A stretch of DNA of 57,251 bases from Vicinamibacterales bacterium (GTDB lineage: Bacteria; Acidobacteriota; Vicinamibacteria; Vicinamibacterales; SCN-69-37): the NCBI GenBank assembly GCA_036274235.1, contig DASUGC010000226.1:1-57251 (forward strand), read 5' to 3'. The position numbers and the translations under genes were made by a program. The notes beneath the pieces are model-generated. The model saw only the letters and a list, made by a program, of their open reading frames with translations. It did no database searches and was not told the DNA's origin. Below, piece by piece: positions 1 through 7,793 of the stretch. Numbering within the stretch: position 1 is the first letter of the stretch; each line of letters starts with the position of its first letter.

Positions 1-49
1 GAACCCTTGGACCGAACCCTTGGACCTTTGGCCCATGGACCCTTGGACC
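1..49. repeat. Short tandem repeat block (unit GAACCCTTGGACC / GGACCCTTGGACC) at the window edge
   Basis: GAACCCTTGGACC occurs at 1-13 and 14-26, followed by TTTGGCCCATGGACCCTTGGACC (27-49). Reverse-complement units (GGTCCAAAGGTCC) recur at 49181-49208, and a palindromic copy lies at 1183-1195. Confidence 0.8.
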
Positions 50-1200
50 AATGTCGTATCTGGGCCGGCGACCATCGCGCGTCACCACCGCATGCCGCCC
101 TGATAAATGGAACAAGCGCACATGCGCTGGACTACGACGACATGTGTTTTGTCTCGCTCGCACACCCGAGCGCGCCGCTGGTGCCGGCGATCGTGGCCGC
201 GGGGGAGTTGGCCGGGGCGTCCGGACGAGCTGTACTCGACGCGTATGTCGTCGGGTTTGAAGTGCAGGCCCGCCTGGGCCAGTTGATGAATCCGCGTCAC
301 TACCAGCGCGGCTGGCACTGCACATCCACGCTGGGTGCGATGAGTGCGGCCGCTGGTGCGGCGCGCGTGCTGGGACTGGATGCCGCCACCACGGCCCACG
401 CCCTCGCGATCGCTGCCTCGTCTGCTTCCGGGCTCAAGGAAAACTTCGGGACGATGGTCAAGCCGCTGCATGCGGGCCTGGCGGCCCGCGATGGAATCAC
501 CGCCGCGCTGCTCGCGCGATCCGGGCTCACAGGCAGCGACAAGGCGCTTGATGGGCCGCAGGGATTCCTGCGTGCCTTTGACAGCGAGCGCGTCGATCTG
601 CGCGCCGCGGTTTCGGATCTCGGATCGCGATGGGAAATCCTCGAGACGGGCGTGACCGTCAAGTTGTATCCCTCGTGCGCCGGCACGCATCCCACGCTCG
701 ATGCGCTTTTGGACCTGCGCGCCGAGCACAGCTTCGAGGCGGACAGCGTTGCCGCTGTGGAAATCGAGGTCGATCCCATCGTGCCGACGATCCTCCTTTA
801 CGACCGGCCGGCGACGGCGCTGGAAGGGAAGTTCAGCATGCCGTTCTGCGCGGCCGCCGCCATCGTCTTTGGGCGTGTCGGCATCGATACGTTCGATGAC
901 GCCTGCCTGCGCGATTCGCGTGTCGTGGCCGTGATGTCACGAATCACGATGCGGGTAGACGAAGCGATCGGCGCCGGCAGACCCGCGCTCACCGAATCGC
1001 GCGTCCGCGTCCGGCTCACGGACGGCCGGGTCCTCACGAAGGACGCCCACGGCGCTCGCGGCTATCCGTCAAACCCCGCGAGCCAGGCAGAGCTGGATGC
1101 CAAATTCCTGGCCTGCGCCGGCGGAGTTGTGGGGGCTGAAAGCGCCAGTGCCCTGTTGACCCGGCTGAAGCAGCTTGATGATGGACCCTTGGTCCTATAG
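7..1200 (+). CDS. MmgE/PrpD family protein (2-methylcitrate dehydratase-like); 5' end incomplete or replaced by repeat
   Basis: 397-aa ORF. AALINGTSAHALDYDD and the downstream sequence are typical of MmgE/PrpD. From memory, family members have roughly 60-80 more N-terminal residues. Here the first ~15 codons (TTG at 7) are read straight through the GGACC repeat block. Confidence 0.8.
   Translation: MDRTLGPLAHGPLDQCRIWAGDHRASPPHAALINGTSAHALDYDDMCFVSLAHPSAPLVPAIVAAGELAGASGRAVLDAYVVGFEVQARLGQLMNPRHYQRGWHCTSTLGAMSAAAGAARVLGLDAATTAHALAIAASSASGLKENFGTMVKPLHAGLAARDGITAALLARSGLTGSDKALDGPQGFLRAFDSERVDLRAAVSDLGSRWEILETGVTVKLYPSCAGTHPTLDALLDLRAEHSFEADSVAAVEIEVDPIVPTILLYDRPATALEGKFSMPFCAAAAIVFGRVGIDTFDDACLRDSRVVAVMSRITMRVDEAIGAGRPALTESRVRVRLTDGRVLTKDAHGARGYPSNPASQAELDAKFLACAGGVVGAESASALLTRLKQLDDGPLVL
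1183..1195. repeat. GGACCCTTGGTCC palindromic copy of the edge repeat unit
   Basis: Lies in the last codons (…DDGPLVL*) of the PrpD-like CDS. It has the same unit as 1-49 with one change, which makes it self-complementary (GGACC CTT GGTCC). Confidence 0.6.
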
Positions 1201-1214
1201 GGTTTACACTTCCA

Positions 1215-1234
1215 TTGGCGGCGATCCCCGCCAA
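1215..1234 (+). terminator. Hairpin after the PrpD-like gene (candidate terminator)
   Basis: TTGGCGG (1215-1221) pairs with CCGCCAA (1228-1234) around a 6-nt loop, 15 nt after the stop. There is no U tract. Confidence 0.35.
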
Positions 1235-1383
1235 ACCTCTCTGACCCGGCCCCAGCTTGGGTCATCCCGCAAGGACGAGAGGCAAAGGGGGGCACACTCC
1301 CGGATCGGCATCGGAACCTTTGCGCCGCCAGGCGGCGCTGCTGGGGAGCGCTCCGCCATGGCTTTGTGCGAAGGGATACGACG

Positions 1384-2076
1384 ATGCCGACGAACAAGGA
1401 CTTCAAACGACTGATTCGCGCCCGGATGGAAAAGACGGGCGAGGCGTACACGAGCGCTCGCTTGCAACTGCTTCGCGCGAGTGCGACGACGGGTACGACA
1501 GGTACGACGGGTACGACAGGTACGGGGTCATTCCCGGCGCTCGCGGGCATGTCGGATGCGTCCGTCAAGAAAGCGACCGGGTGCAGCTGGGAGAAATGGG
1601 TCGCCGCGCTCGATTACGCCGGCGCGTTCGACTGGTCGCATCGATCGATCGCGGATTACGTCAAGTACACCTACAAGACGCCGAGCTGGTGGGCCCAGAT
1701 GGTGGCGGTCGGGTACGAGCGCATCAAAGGGCTGCGGGCGAAGGGACAGCAGCGCGCCGGCGGGTTCGAAGCGACGCGAAGCAAAGCCATCGCCGCATCG
1801 CCCCAGCGTGTCTATCGCGCGTTCACGGACGCGCGCGTGCGCAAGACGTGGCTGCCCGGCGTGACCCCGAAGCTGCGCAAATCCACACCCAACCGCGTCG
1901 TGCGGATGGCGTGGGAAGACGGTTCCTTTGTCGAAGCGTGGCTGACCGGCAAGGCGGGCAAGACGGTGGCGCGAATCGAGCACCGCAGGCTTGGCAGCCA
2001 GGGCAGTGCCGACGAACGGCGAGCATTCTGGGCAGAGCGGCTCCATACCCTGGCCGTCGCAGTCAGGAAGCCGTAG
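1384..2076 (+). CDS. Hypothetical two-domain protein (N-terminal helical motif, (TTG)n linker, C-terminal SRPBCC-like region)
   Basis: ATG at 1384 (MPTNKDFKRLIRARMEKTGEAYTSAR…) in frame with ORF 1366-2076. The C-terminal half (…ASPQRVYRAFTDARVRKTWLPG…) resembles SRPBCC/AHSA1-type proteins. This domain call is by eye and weak. Confidence 0.55.
   Translation: MPTNKDFKRLIRARMEKTGEAYTSARLQLLRASATTGTTGTTGTTGTGSFPALAGMSDASVKKATGCSWEKWVAALDYAGAFDWSHRSIADYVKYTYKTPSWWAQMVAVGYERIKGLRAKGQQRAGGFEATRSKAIAASPQRVYRAFTDARVRKTWLPGVTPKLRKSTPNRVVRMAWEDGSFVEAWLTGKAGKTVARIEHRRLGSQGSADERRAFWAERLHTLAVAVRKP
1483..1527 (+). repeat. 9-bp tandem repeat (GGTACGACR) inside a CDS, encoding TTGTTGTTGTTGTG
   Basis: Units are GCGACGACG GGTACGACA GGTACGACG GGTACGACA GGTACGGGG. 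An exact 18-bp duplication is present (1486-1503 = 1504-1521). The reverse-complement unit GTCGTACC recurs at 49242-49286. Confidence 0.9.
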
Positions 2077-2087
2077 CTCACGGGCTG

Positions 2088-2118
2088 GCGGGTGGCAGGC
2101 GAGCCGGCTGCCACCCGC
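2088..2118 (+). terminator. GC-rich hairpin, candidate intrinsic terminator
   Basis: GCGGGTGGCAG (2088-2098) pairs with CTGCCACCCGC (2108-2118), an 11-bp stem with a 9-nt loop, 12 nt after the stop at 2076. Confidence 0.5.
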
Positions 2119-2271
2119 ACGCATACGGCGGTGGACCGGAGGGTTGAAAGCAATCACGTCACACCACGACCTGGACGGCCCGCGGGACGCCTGCTCTTCT
2201 CGTCGTGCGCCCGGCGGAGACGGCCCCGCGCGGGGCTGGCCGGACTAAGTCAAATTAGCTAGACTCATACC

Positions 2272-2505
2272 GTGATCCGGGTCACCATCCACGCCGCCAA
2301 GACTCAGTTGTCTCGCCTGATCCGGCGGGTTGAGCAGGGCGAGAGCGTCATCATCGCGCGAGCGGACCAGCCGGTGGCGAAACTGGTCCCCGTGGATGCG
2401 GAAAGGCCGGTCCGCGCGTTCGGCGCGATGAAGGGACACGCGCGCGTGACCGCGGCCTTCTTCGATCCCCTGCCCGCCGCCGAGCTCGACGAGTGGGGGG
2501 AATAA
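2272..2505 (+). CDS. Type II antitoxin, Phd/YefM (prevent-host-death) family
   Basis: 77 aa with a GTG start. MIRVTIHAAKTQLSRLIRRVEQGESVIIAR is the typical Phd/YefM N-terminus. The stop abuts the toxin start (TAAGTG). Confidence 0.85.
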   Translation: MIRVTIHAAKTQLSRLIRRVEQGESVIIARADQPVAKLVPVDAERPVRAFGAMKGHARVTAAFFDPLPAAELDEWGE

Positions 2506-2892
2506 GTGCGGCTGCTGCTCGATACCCACGCACTGCTCTGGTGGCTTGACGGCGACCGCCGGCTGTCGCGACGCGCACGGACCGCCATCGGCGATCCAGA
2601 CAACGTCCTCCTCGTCAGCGCGGCAACGGCCTGGGAATTGTCCACGAAAGCCAGGCTCGGCAGATTGCCCGGAGCGACGGATGTCGCCAGCGACGTCGCG
2701 GGATGTCTCGCGCGTCAGGGTTTCTCAGACCTGCCGATCACCATCGCCCACGCCCAGCGGGCGGGAAGCTTGTCCATCGATCCTCGTGACCCGTTCGACC
2801 GCATGCTGATCGCCCAGGCCCAGATGGAGGACTTGCCGATCGTCACGAACGAAGCCATGTTCGATCGATTCGGCGTCACGCGCGTCTGGTAA
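2506..2892 (+). CDS. vapC: Type II toxin, PIN-domain ribonuclease VapC
   Basis: 128 aa. Contains LLDTHALLWW, AATAWELSTK and DPFDRMLIAQA, which are conserved PIN acidic-residue motifs. Lies immediately downstream of the antitoxin. Confidence 0.9.
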   Translation: MRLLLDTHALLWWLDGDRRLSRRARTAIGDPDNVLLVSAATAWELSTKARLGRLPGATDVASDVAGCLARQGFSDLPITIAHAQRAGSLSIDPRDPFDRMLIAQAQMEDLPIVTNEAMFDRFGVTRVW

Positions 2893-3113
2893 GGCCGCCG
2901 AAGCCGGGATCGTCGCGTCCGGCCAGACCAGCCAGCCCGGCACCGCGAGTTCCGGCCGGGCACCTGTCGAGTGCGCATCGATGCCGCCGCGCCGGACCAC
3001 TTATGACAGCACGGCGGTTCGTTCGTATCTGGTGTCGATCGGTGTGGGCCGCGTACGAAGACGCGCAGCCCGTAATCGTGAATCTGCTGCGCGAGTATCG
3101 AACCGTCTGAGGC

Positions 3114-3169
3114 GGGATAACCCCGTCGTCCCGTTATCCCGTCGCCCCGTTACCCACGTTGCCCGTGAC
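3114..3169. repeat. Hairpin plus 8-bp-period CCCGTNNN repeat just beyond the peptidase stop
   Basis: GGGATAAC (3114-3121) pairs with GTTATCCC (3133-3140). Units are CCCGTCGT CCCGTTAT CCCGTCGC CCCGTTAC CCACGTTG CCCGTGAC. The block ends at the stop codon of the minus-strand gene (3170). Confidence 0.7.
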
Positions 3170-5212
3170 TCATTGCAAATACGTCTTCAGCCAGCCAAAT
3201 ACTTCCTCGTGCCATCGCTTGCTGTTGAGCGGCTTGAGCACCCAGTGGCCCTCGTCGGGAAACACGAGGGCTTTGCTCGCCACGCCGTTGCGCCGCAGGG
3301 CCGTGAAGAGCTGCAGGCCCTGATCGACCGGCACGCGATAATCCAGCTCATTCGTGATGACCAGCGTGGGCGTCTTGATTTGCTGGGCGTAGAGGTGCGG
3401 CGACCATTTGGCGACGTGCTCGCGGCCAGCCGCGCTCCAGGGTGGCCCGCCGGCCTCCCACTCGGAAAACCACAGCTCTTCCGTCGCGAGCGCCATCGAA
3501 TCCAGGTTGAACACGCCGTCGTGGCTGACGGCCGCCTTGAAGCGATTCGAATGTCCGATGATCCAATCCACGGCGTAGCCGCCGTAGCTCGCGCCCGCGA
3601 TGCCCTGGCGCGCGGCGTCCACGTACGGCAGCTTCACCGCCGCGTCGAAGACAGCCGTGAGATCGGTCATCACCTTGCCGCCCCAGTCCTGCGTGATCTC
3701 GTCCACGAACTTCTGTCCGAAACCGAACGACCCGCGAGGATTGGGCGCGACGATGACCCAGCCTTGCGCCGCCCAGAGCGTGGGATTCCATCTCGACGAC
3801 CACCCGTCGCCCCATTCGCCCTGCGGGCCGCCGTGAATCATGAACACGACCGGGTACTTCTTCGCCGGATCAAACGCGGGCGGCCGGACCACCCAGTACT
3901 GCACCGGCGTGCCGCCGGCGCCCGGCACGGTAAAACTCTCGGGCGGGTTCATCGCGACCGTCTTGAGCCACGAGTCGTTTTCATGCGTGAGTTGCGTGGA
4001 CGCCGACCCGCTCCTGGTCACATAGATTTCAGCCGGCGACGTCATCGTCGATTTTGAATAGACGATGGCGTTTCCGCGCGCGCCAACGGCGCTGATCGAT
4101 CCGCCTCGCGCGACCAGTTCGGGCGCGCCGCCGGCGAATGGGACGCGATACAGGTTGTCCAGACCCTGATTCGCGGCCGTGAACAGGATCGACTGCCCGT
4201 CCGGACTCAGCGTGAACTCGCTGACCGACACGTCCGGCGTCGTGAACACCGTGCGCCTGGCGTTGGTCGCGCGGTCGTAGACATCCAGGTACCACCGATC
4301 GGATTCAAAACCAGGCCGCCGTTGCGCGCGCACGATGAGCGACTTACCGTCGGCGGTAAACACCGGTTCTACATCCGCGGCCGGGTTCGGCGTCAGCTTC
4401 ACGGCCGTCCCGCCGCTGACCGGGACCAGCCACACGTCATTGTTGGTGGTCCACGCCTCGCGATCGTTTCCTTCGCGATTGGACACGAACGCGATCGACT
4501 TGCCGTCCGGCGTAAACGCAATCGCCGCATCTTCCTGCTGTCCGGGCGGGGAGTCGAAGTCGCCGGGCGTCAAATCGCGCGCTGGCCATGCGCCGCCGGC
4601 GGCCGTGGGCGCGACGAAGACGTGATGCCGGATGCCTTCGCGCCACTCATCCCAGTGACGGAAGAGCAGGCGCGTCAGCACATGCACCTTGACGGGATCC
4701 GCGTCGGCCGCAGCCCGCCGCGCTCGATTGCACGCGTCGTCCGCGCAGTCCGGATAGACGTCCGCAACGAACGCCACTGATGCGCCGTCTGGAGAGATGA
4801 CGAGCGGCGGCTGGACGCCACCGGCCACGTTGGTGATCTTGCGGATGCTGGCGCCGGAAGCGTCGGCCACATAGACCTGCGGGTCGCCGTCGCGCGAGGA
4901 GATGAATGCGATCTGACGGCCATCAGGAAACCAGCGCGGCGTGTTCTCGGACTTGTCGCCGGCGATGAGGGCCCGCGCTGATCCCGCGGCGGACGCGATC
5001 CAGATGTCCGCGTTCCGCTTGCCGGCCGCCACATCCGTCGTCGTTCGCACGAACGCGACCGAACCATCGGGCGCGACTTGCGGATCGGTGACGCGGACGG
5101 CGACCAGAAGATCGTTGATGGTCATCGGCCGGCCGGCCTGCGCGGCCATTCCCGCCACGAGGGCGGTGCTGATGACGCTGCAAAGAAGGAGAAATCGGCG
5201 CCCGGTTTTCAT
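3170..5212 (-). CDS. S9 family serine peptidase (prolyl oligopeptidase / acylaminoacyl-peptidase type) with N-terminal beta-propeller; secreted
   Basis: 680 aa. N-terminal signal-like MKTGRRFLLLCSVISTALVAGMAAQA. TolB-like SPDG repeats are present. The catalytic motif GASYGGY is followed by later D and GHW. Confidence 0.9.
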   Translation of the reverse strand: MKTGRRFLLLCSVISTALVAGMAAQAGRPMTINDLLVAVRVTDPQVAPDGSVAFVRTTTDVAAGKRNADIWIASAAGSARALIAGDKSENTPRWFPDGRQIAFISSRDGDPQVYVADASGASIRKITNVAGGVQPPLVISPDGASVAFVADVYPDCADDACNRARRAAADADPVKVHVLTRLLFRHWDEWREGIRHHVFVAPTAAGGAWPARDLTPGDFDSPPGQQEDAAIAFTPDGKSIAFVSNREGNDREAWTTNNDVWLVPVSGGTAVKLTPNPAADVEPVFTADGKSLIVRAQRRPGFESDRWYLDVYDRATNARRTVFTTPDVSVSEFTLSPDGQSILFTAANQGLDNLYRVPFAGGAPELVARGGSISAVGARGNAIVYSKSTMTSPAEIYVTRSGSASTQLTHENDSWLKTVAMNPPESFTVPGAGGTPVQYWVVRPPAFDPAKKYPVVFMIHGGPQGEWGDGWSSRWNPTLWAAQGWVIVAPNPRGSFGFGQKFVDEITQDWGGKVMTDLTAVFDAAVKLPYVDAARQGIAGASYGGYAVDWIIGHSNRFKAAVSHDGVFNLDSMALATEELWFSEWEAGGPPWSAAGREHVAKWSPHLYAQQIKTPTLVITNELDYRVPVDQGLQLFTALRRNGVASKALVFPDEGHWVLKPLNSKRWHEEVFGWLKTYLQ

Positions 5213-5279
5213 GAGTCAATCATACGGCGCGGCCCGCCGCTCAGTTAGGATTACGGCACCGTTTTCGAGAGGCCCACTC

Positions 5280-5954
5280 ATGTCCGAACCGACCACACCG
5301 TCGGCGCCGGCTCCAGCACCTACCGCGGCGCGTCCGGAGCCCGGCCATTCTCCCGGACGGGCACGCGACATCCTGACGGAACTCCTGATCGTCACGCTCG
5401 GCGTTCTGATCGCGCTGTCCGTGGACAGTTTCCGTCAGCTTCGCGAACACCGCAGTCTCGTCGAGGAAGCCAGGAGGAACATCGCGCAGGAGATCCGGGA
5501 CAACACCGGGCGGCTCGACCGGCTGCTTGGCGAGATCGACAAACGCCAGGCGCAGGTGGACCAGGTCGTCGCCTTTGCCGACGACCTTCTGGCGAAGCGG
5601 CCGATTGAGGGACACACCATCGAGCTCGGCTACACCGTTGAGGAAATATCGGATGCGGCGTGGCAGAGCGCCGGCCATACCGGTGCCTTTGGCTTCATGG
5701 AGTACGAAGAGGTGCAACGGTTCTCGCGGCTCTACGACCTGCAGGCGCTTCTGAGCAACTACCAGCGGCGAAGCGTGGATCAGGTCGCCGAAGCTTTGTC
5801 GATGCTTCAGAGCGATCCCGACAAAACCCCGGCACGCGACGTGCAGACGTTCCGCGACCGTGTTCTCAGCATTCGTGGCAGCCTCGTCGTGATCGATCAG
5901 GTTGGCCACGGGCTCAAGGCGAGGTACGGCGAAGTGCTCCCGACCTTGAAGTAG
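5280..5954 (+). CDS. Hypothetical membrane-anchored protein
   Basis: ATG at 5280 within ORF 4941-5954; the upstream part is antisense to the peptidase gene. It has a Pro/Ala-rich N-terminus, one TM segment (ILTELLIVTLGVLIALSV) and then a helical region. No family recognised. Confidence 0.5.
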   Translation: MSEPTTPSAPAPAPTAARPEPGHSPGRARDILTELLIVTLGVLIALSVDSFRQLREHRSLVEEARRNIAQEIRDNTGRLDRLLGEIDKRQAQVDQVVAFADDLLAKRPIEGHTIELGYTVEEISDAAWQSAGHTGAFGFMEYEEVQRFSRLYDLQALLSNYQRRSVDQVAEALSMLQSDPDKTPARDVQTFRDRVLSIRGSLVVIDQVGHGLKARYGEVLPTLK

Positions 5955-5970
5955 AGCCGAGTCAGTTCGC

Positions 5971-6885
5971 CTACTTGATTTGGAGATCCTGAGTTTTCTT
6001 CTCGCCTTCACCGAGCGTGATCTTGAGGGAGGTCGGCATCACCTGGCGCAGGAACCCGGCGTCGTGCCACTCGTCTTCCTCCACGTCCGTCAGCGCGGCG
6101 ATGAAGTAATCCCCTGGGGGCAGGCCGCGCACGCTGTAGTGGCCATCACTGGCCGGCCTCGTTTGCATGATTCGGCGCGAATGTCCGGACCACGTGCGCT
6201 CGTCCGCCGAGAACACAATGATGAAGTAGTCCGACGCCGGCCGCCCAGACGAGTCCTGCAGGCGGCCGCTCAGTTCCGACGGCTTGTCCGTGAATGTAAT
6301 CGTGATTCGGCCGATGTCGGTGCCGGCGCGCACGTCGAGTGGATAGTCGGAAATGTCCTGCCCGTCGACGATCGCTGATCGGAGAGCCCATTCGCCCTTT
6401 GATGGTCCTTCGTCAGGCCCGTACGCCAACAACTTGTACGAGCCCGGCATCAGACCGTCGACGGCAAATGTACCGTCGGCCTTGGCGTCGGTGGAGAGCG
6501 GTTCGACGACGAGACCTCCGGCGATCGCGATAGCCGACATGGAGATGTTAATCGCCGTCAGATCGGACGGCGGCGGATGCGTGCCCTGGAACACTACACG
6601 GCCGGCGGCCGACATTGCGGGCTGCAGCGTGAGTGCGACCGACTGATCCTGATTGGAGACAGTGAGCGTCGTCATCGCCCACATCCGCGTCTCGTCCACC
6701 ACCGCCGCGATCGCATAGGAACCCGGCGCCACTCCTTCAAACGTGAACCTGGAACCGCCGCTTTCCTTGACGCCGAACCATCCGCCGCCGTCGACGCCGG
6801 GCTCGGCGAGGTAGAGTCCGGATGGCACGCGCATCGCCACGTTGTCCGGCGAGGGCGTGACGCTCTTCGACGCCCAGTCCGGCAC
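5971..6885 (-). CDS. Carboxypeptidase-regulatory-like (CarboxypepD_reg) repeat protein, possibly 5'-truncated
   Basis: 304 aa with a GTG start. It has three beta-sandwich-type repeats with PGSY/PGDY motifs (FEGVAPGSYAIAAV, DGLMPGSYKLLAY, VRGLPPGDYFIAAL). There is no signal peptide. The first ~24 codons are antisense to the fragment at 6815-7078. Confidence 0.6.
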   Translation of the reverse strand: MPDWASKSVTPSPDNVAMRVPSGLYLAEPGVDGGGWFGVKESGGSRFTFEGVAPGSYAIAAVVDETRMWAMTTLTVSNQDQSVALTLQPAMSAAGRVVFQGTHPPPSDLTAINISMSAIAIAGGLVVEPLSTDAKADGTFAVDGLMPGSYKLLAYGPDEGPSKGEWALRSAIVDGQDISDYPLDVRAGTDIGRITITFTDKPSELSGRLQDSSGRPASDYFIIVFSADERTWSGHSRRIMQTRPASDGHYSVRGLPPGDYFIAALTDVEEDEWHDAGFLRQVMPTSLKITLGEGEKKTQDLQIK

Positions 6886-7078
6886 GCAGTTGCTGGTCCT
6901 GCGGGAATCGACCGGGCCGTTTCAAGTGCGCGAAGTGATCGTCCCGGGCAAGACACTCTCGGGCGTCGTCAATCTCACCTTCAGTGACGATGGCCGGCGG
7001 ATAGTGCTGACCGAGGCGGCGCCGGATTCTCGCGGCATCAAGGTCACGATTAAGACGTGGGACGGATCGGCGAGGTAA
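6815..7078 (+). pseudogene. C-terminal remnant of a WD40/TolB-like beta-propeller protein
   Basis: The open frame starts directly after a TAG at 6812-6814. Translation SPDGTRIATLSGEGVTLFDAQSGTQLLVLR…FSDDGRRIVL…IKTWDGSAR has propeller-blade signatures. It keeps its own terminator hairpin. No upstream continuation is seen in any plus frame. Confidence 0.5.
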
Positions 7079-7091
7079 CGGCAACCACGGC

Positions 7092-7113
7092 CCGGCGGGC
7101 TGAAGCCCGCCGG
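7092..7113. terminator. Bidirectional terminator hairpin between convergent genes
   Basis: CCGGCGGGC TGAA GCCCGCCGG: a 9-bp GC stem with a tetraloop, between the stops at 7078 (+) and 7131 (-). Confidence 0.6.
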
Positions 7114-7130
7114 CTACGCACGAACAGGCG

Positions 7131-7766
7131 TTACCACTTCGGCACTTTAATCGTGCTGATCATCAGGCTGCCGCTCACGGCGAAGAGCAATGAGAACGGA
7201 TGGAAGTCGCGGTGCAGGATCTTGTACTCGCCGCCCCAGAACGTGTGGCCGGCGTGGCCGGTGAGATCCAGCCAGAAGAGCAGGGCCATGATGCCGACGA
7301 GGAAGATGCTGGTCGGGATGGGCAGGCCCTCGAAGTACTTCACCTTGCCGGTGGCGACGTTCTTGAGCGTCTCGGCCGTGACGTTGAACCGCGCGAGACG
7401 GCTGATGCCGCAGCAGACGAAGTAGGTGAGGATGAGCGTGTCCCAGAGGCCGCGCAGGCCCAGGGTGTAGCCGAGCACCGCCGGCGCCACGCCGAATGAG
7501 ACGATGTCGGACAGCGAATCGAGATCCGCGCCGATGCGCGACTGCTTGCCGGCGTTGAGCCGGGCGACATAGCCGTCCAGCGAATCGATCACAAACGCCA
7601 CGATCGGCAGCACGAACGCGGTCCACAGCCAGCGTTTCTGATCGCCGGCGAGATAACTCAGGCACGCAAAGATGGTGATGGTGCCGCAACTGGCGTTGCC
7701 GAGCGTGAGTAGATCCGCCCACGTGTAGGAGCGAATCATGGAAAGACGTGGCTGCGTGGAAGGCAT
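7131..7766 (-). CDS. pssA: CDP-diacylglycerol--serine O-phosphatidyltransferase
   Basis: Carries the CDP-alcohol phosphatidyltransferase motif DSLDGYVARLNAGKQSRIGADLDSLSD and multiple TM segments. An alternative start at 7739 (MIRSYTWADLL…) is at least as likely. Confidence 0.85.
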   Translation of the reverse strand: MPSTQPRLSMIRSYTWADLLTLGNASCGTITIFACLSYLAGDQKRWLWTAFVLPIVAFVIDSLDGYVARLNAGKQSRIGADLDSLSDIVSFGVAPAVLGYTLGLRGLWDTLILTYFVCCGISRLARFNVTAETLKNVATGKVKYFEGLPIPTSIFLVGIMALLFWLDLTGHAGHTFWGGEYKILHRDFHPFSLLFAVSGSLMISTIKVPKW

Positions 7767-7793
7767 CTGTTTCAGCTGCTCAGGTGCCCGGGC

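Noticed and set aside
2234-2929. A 10-12-bp inverted repeat (GGCTGGCCGGAC at 2234-2245 and GTCCGGCCAG(A)CC at 2917-2929) flanking the toxin-antitoxin pair, which could be the ends of a mobile cassette.
   Set aside because: In DNA this GC-rich, a 10-nt GC-only match within two ~200-nt flanks is expected by chance roughly once (my rough estimate). There are no target-site duplications or recombinase genes.
3114-3169. TTATCC-containing 8-bp repeats, which could be DnaA boxes or an origin.
   Set aside because: No full TTATCCACA boxes, no AT-rich unwinding element and no dnaA/dnaN neighbourhood are present. The block sits at a convergent 3' end like the other arrays.
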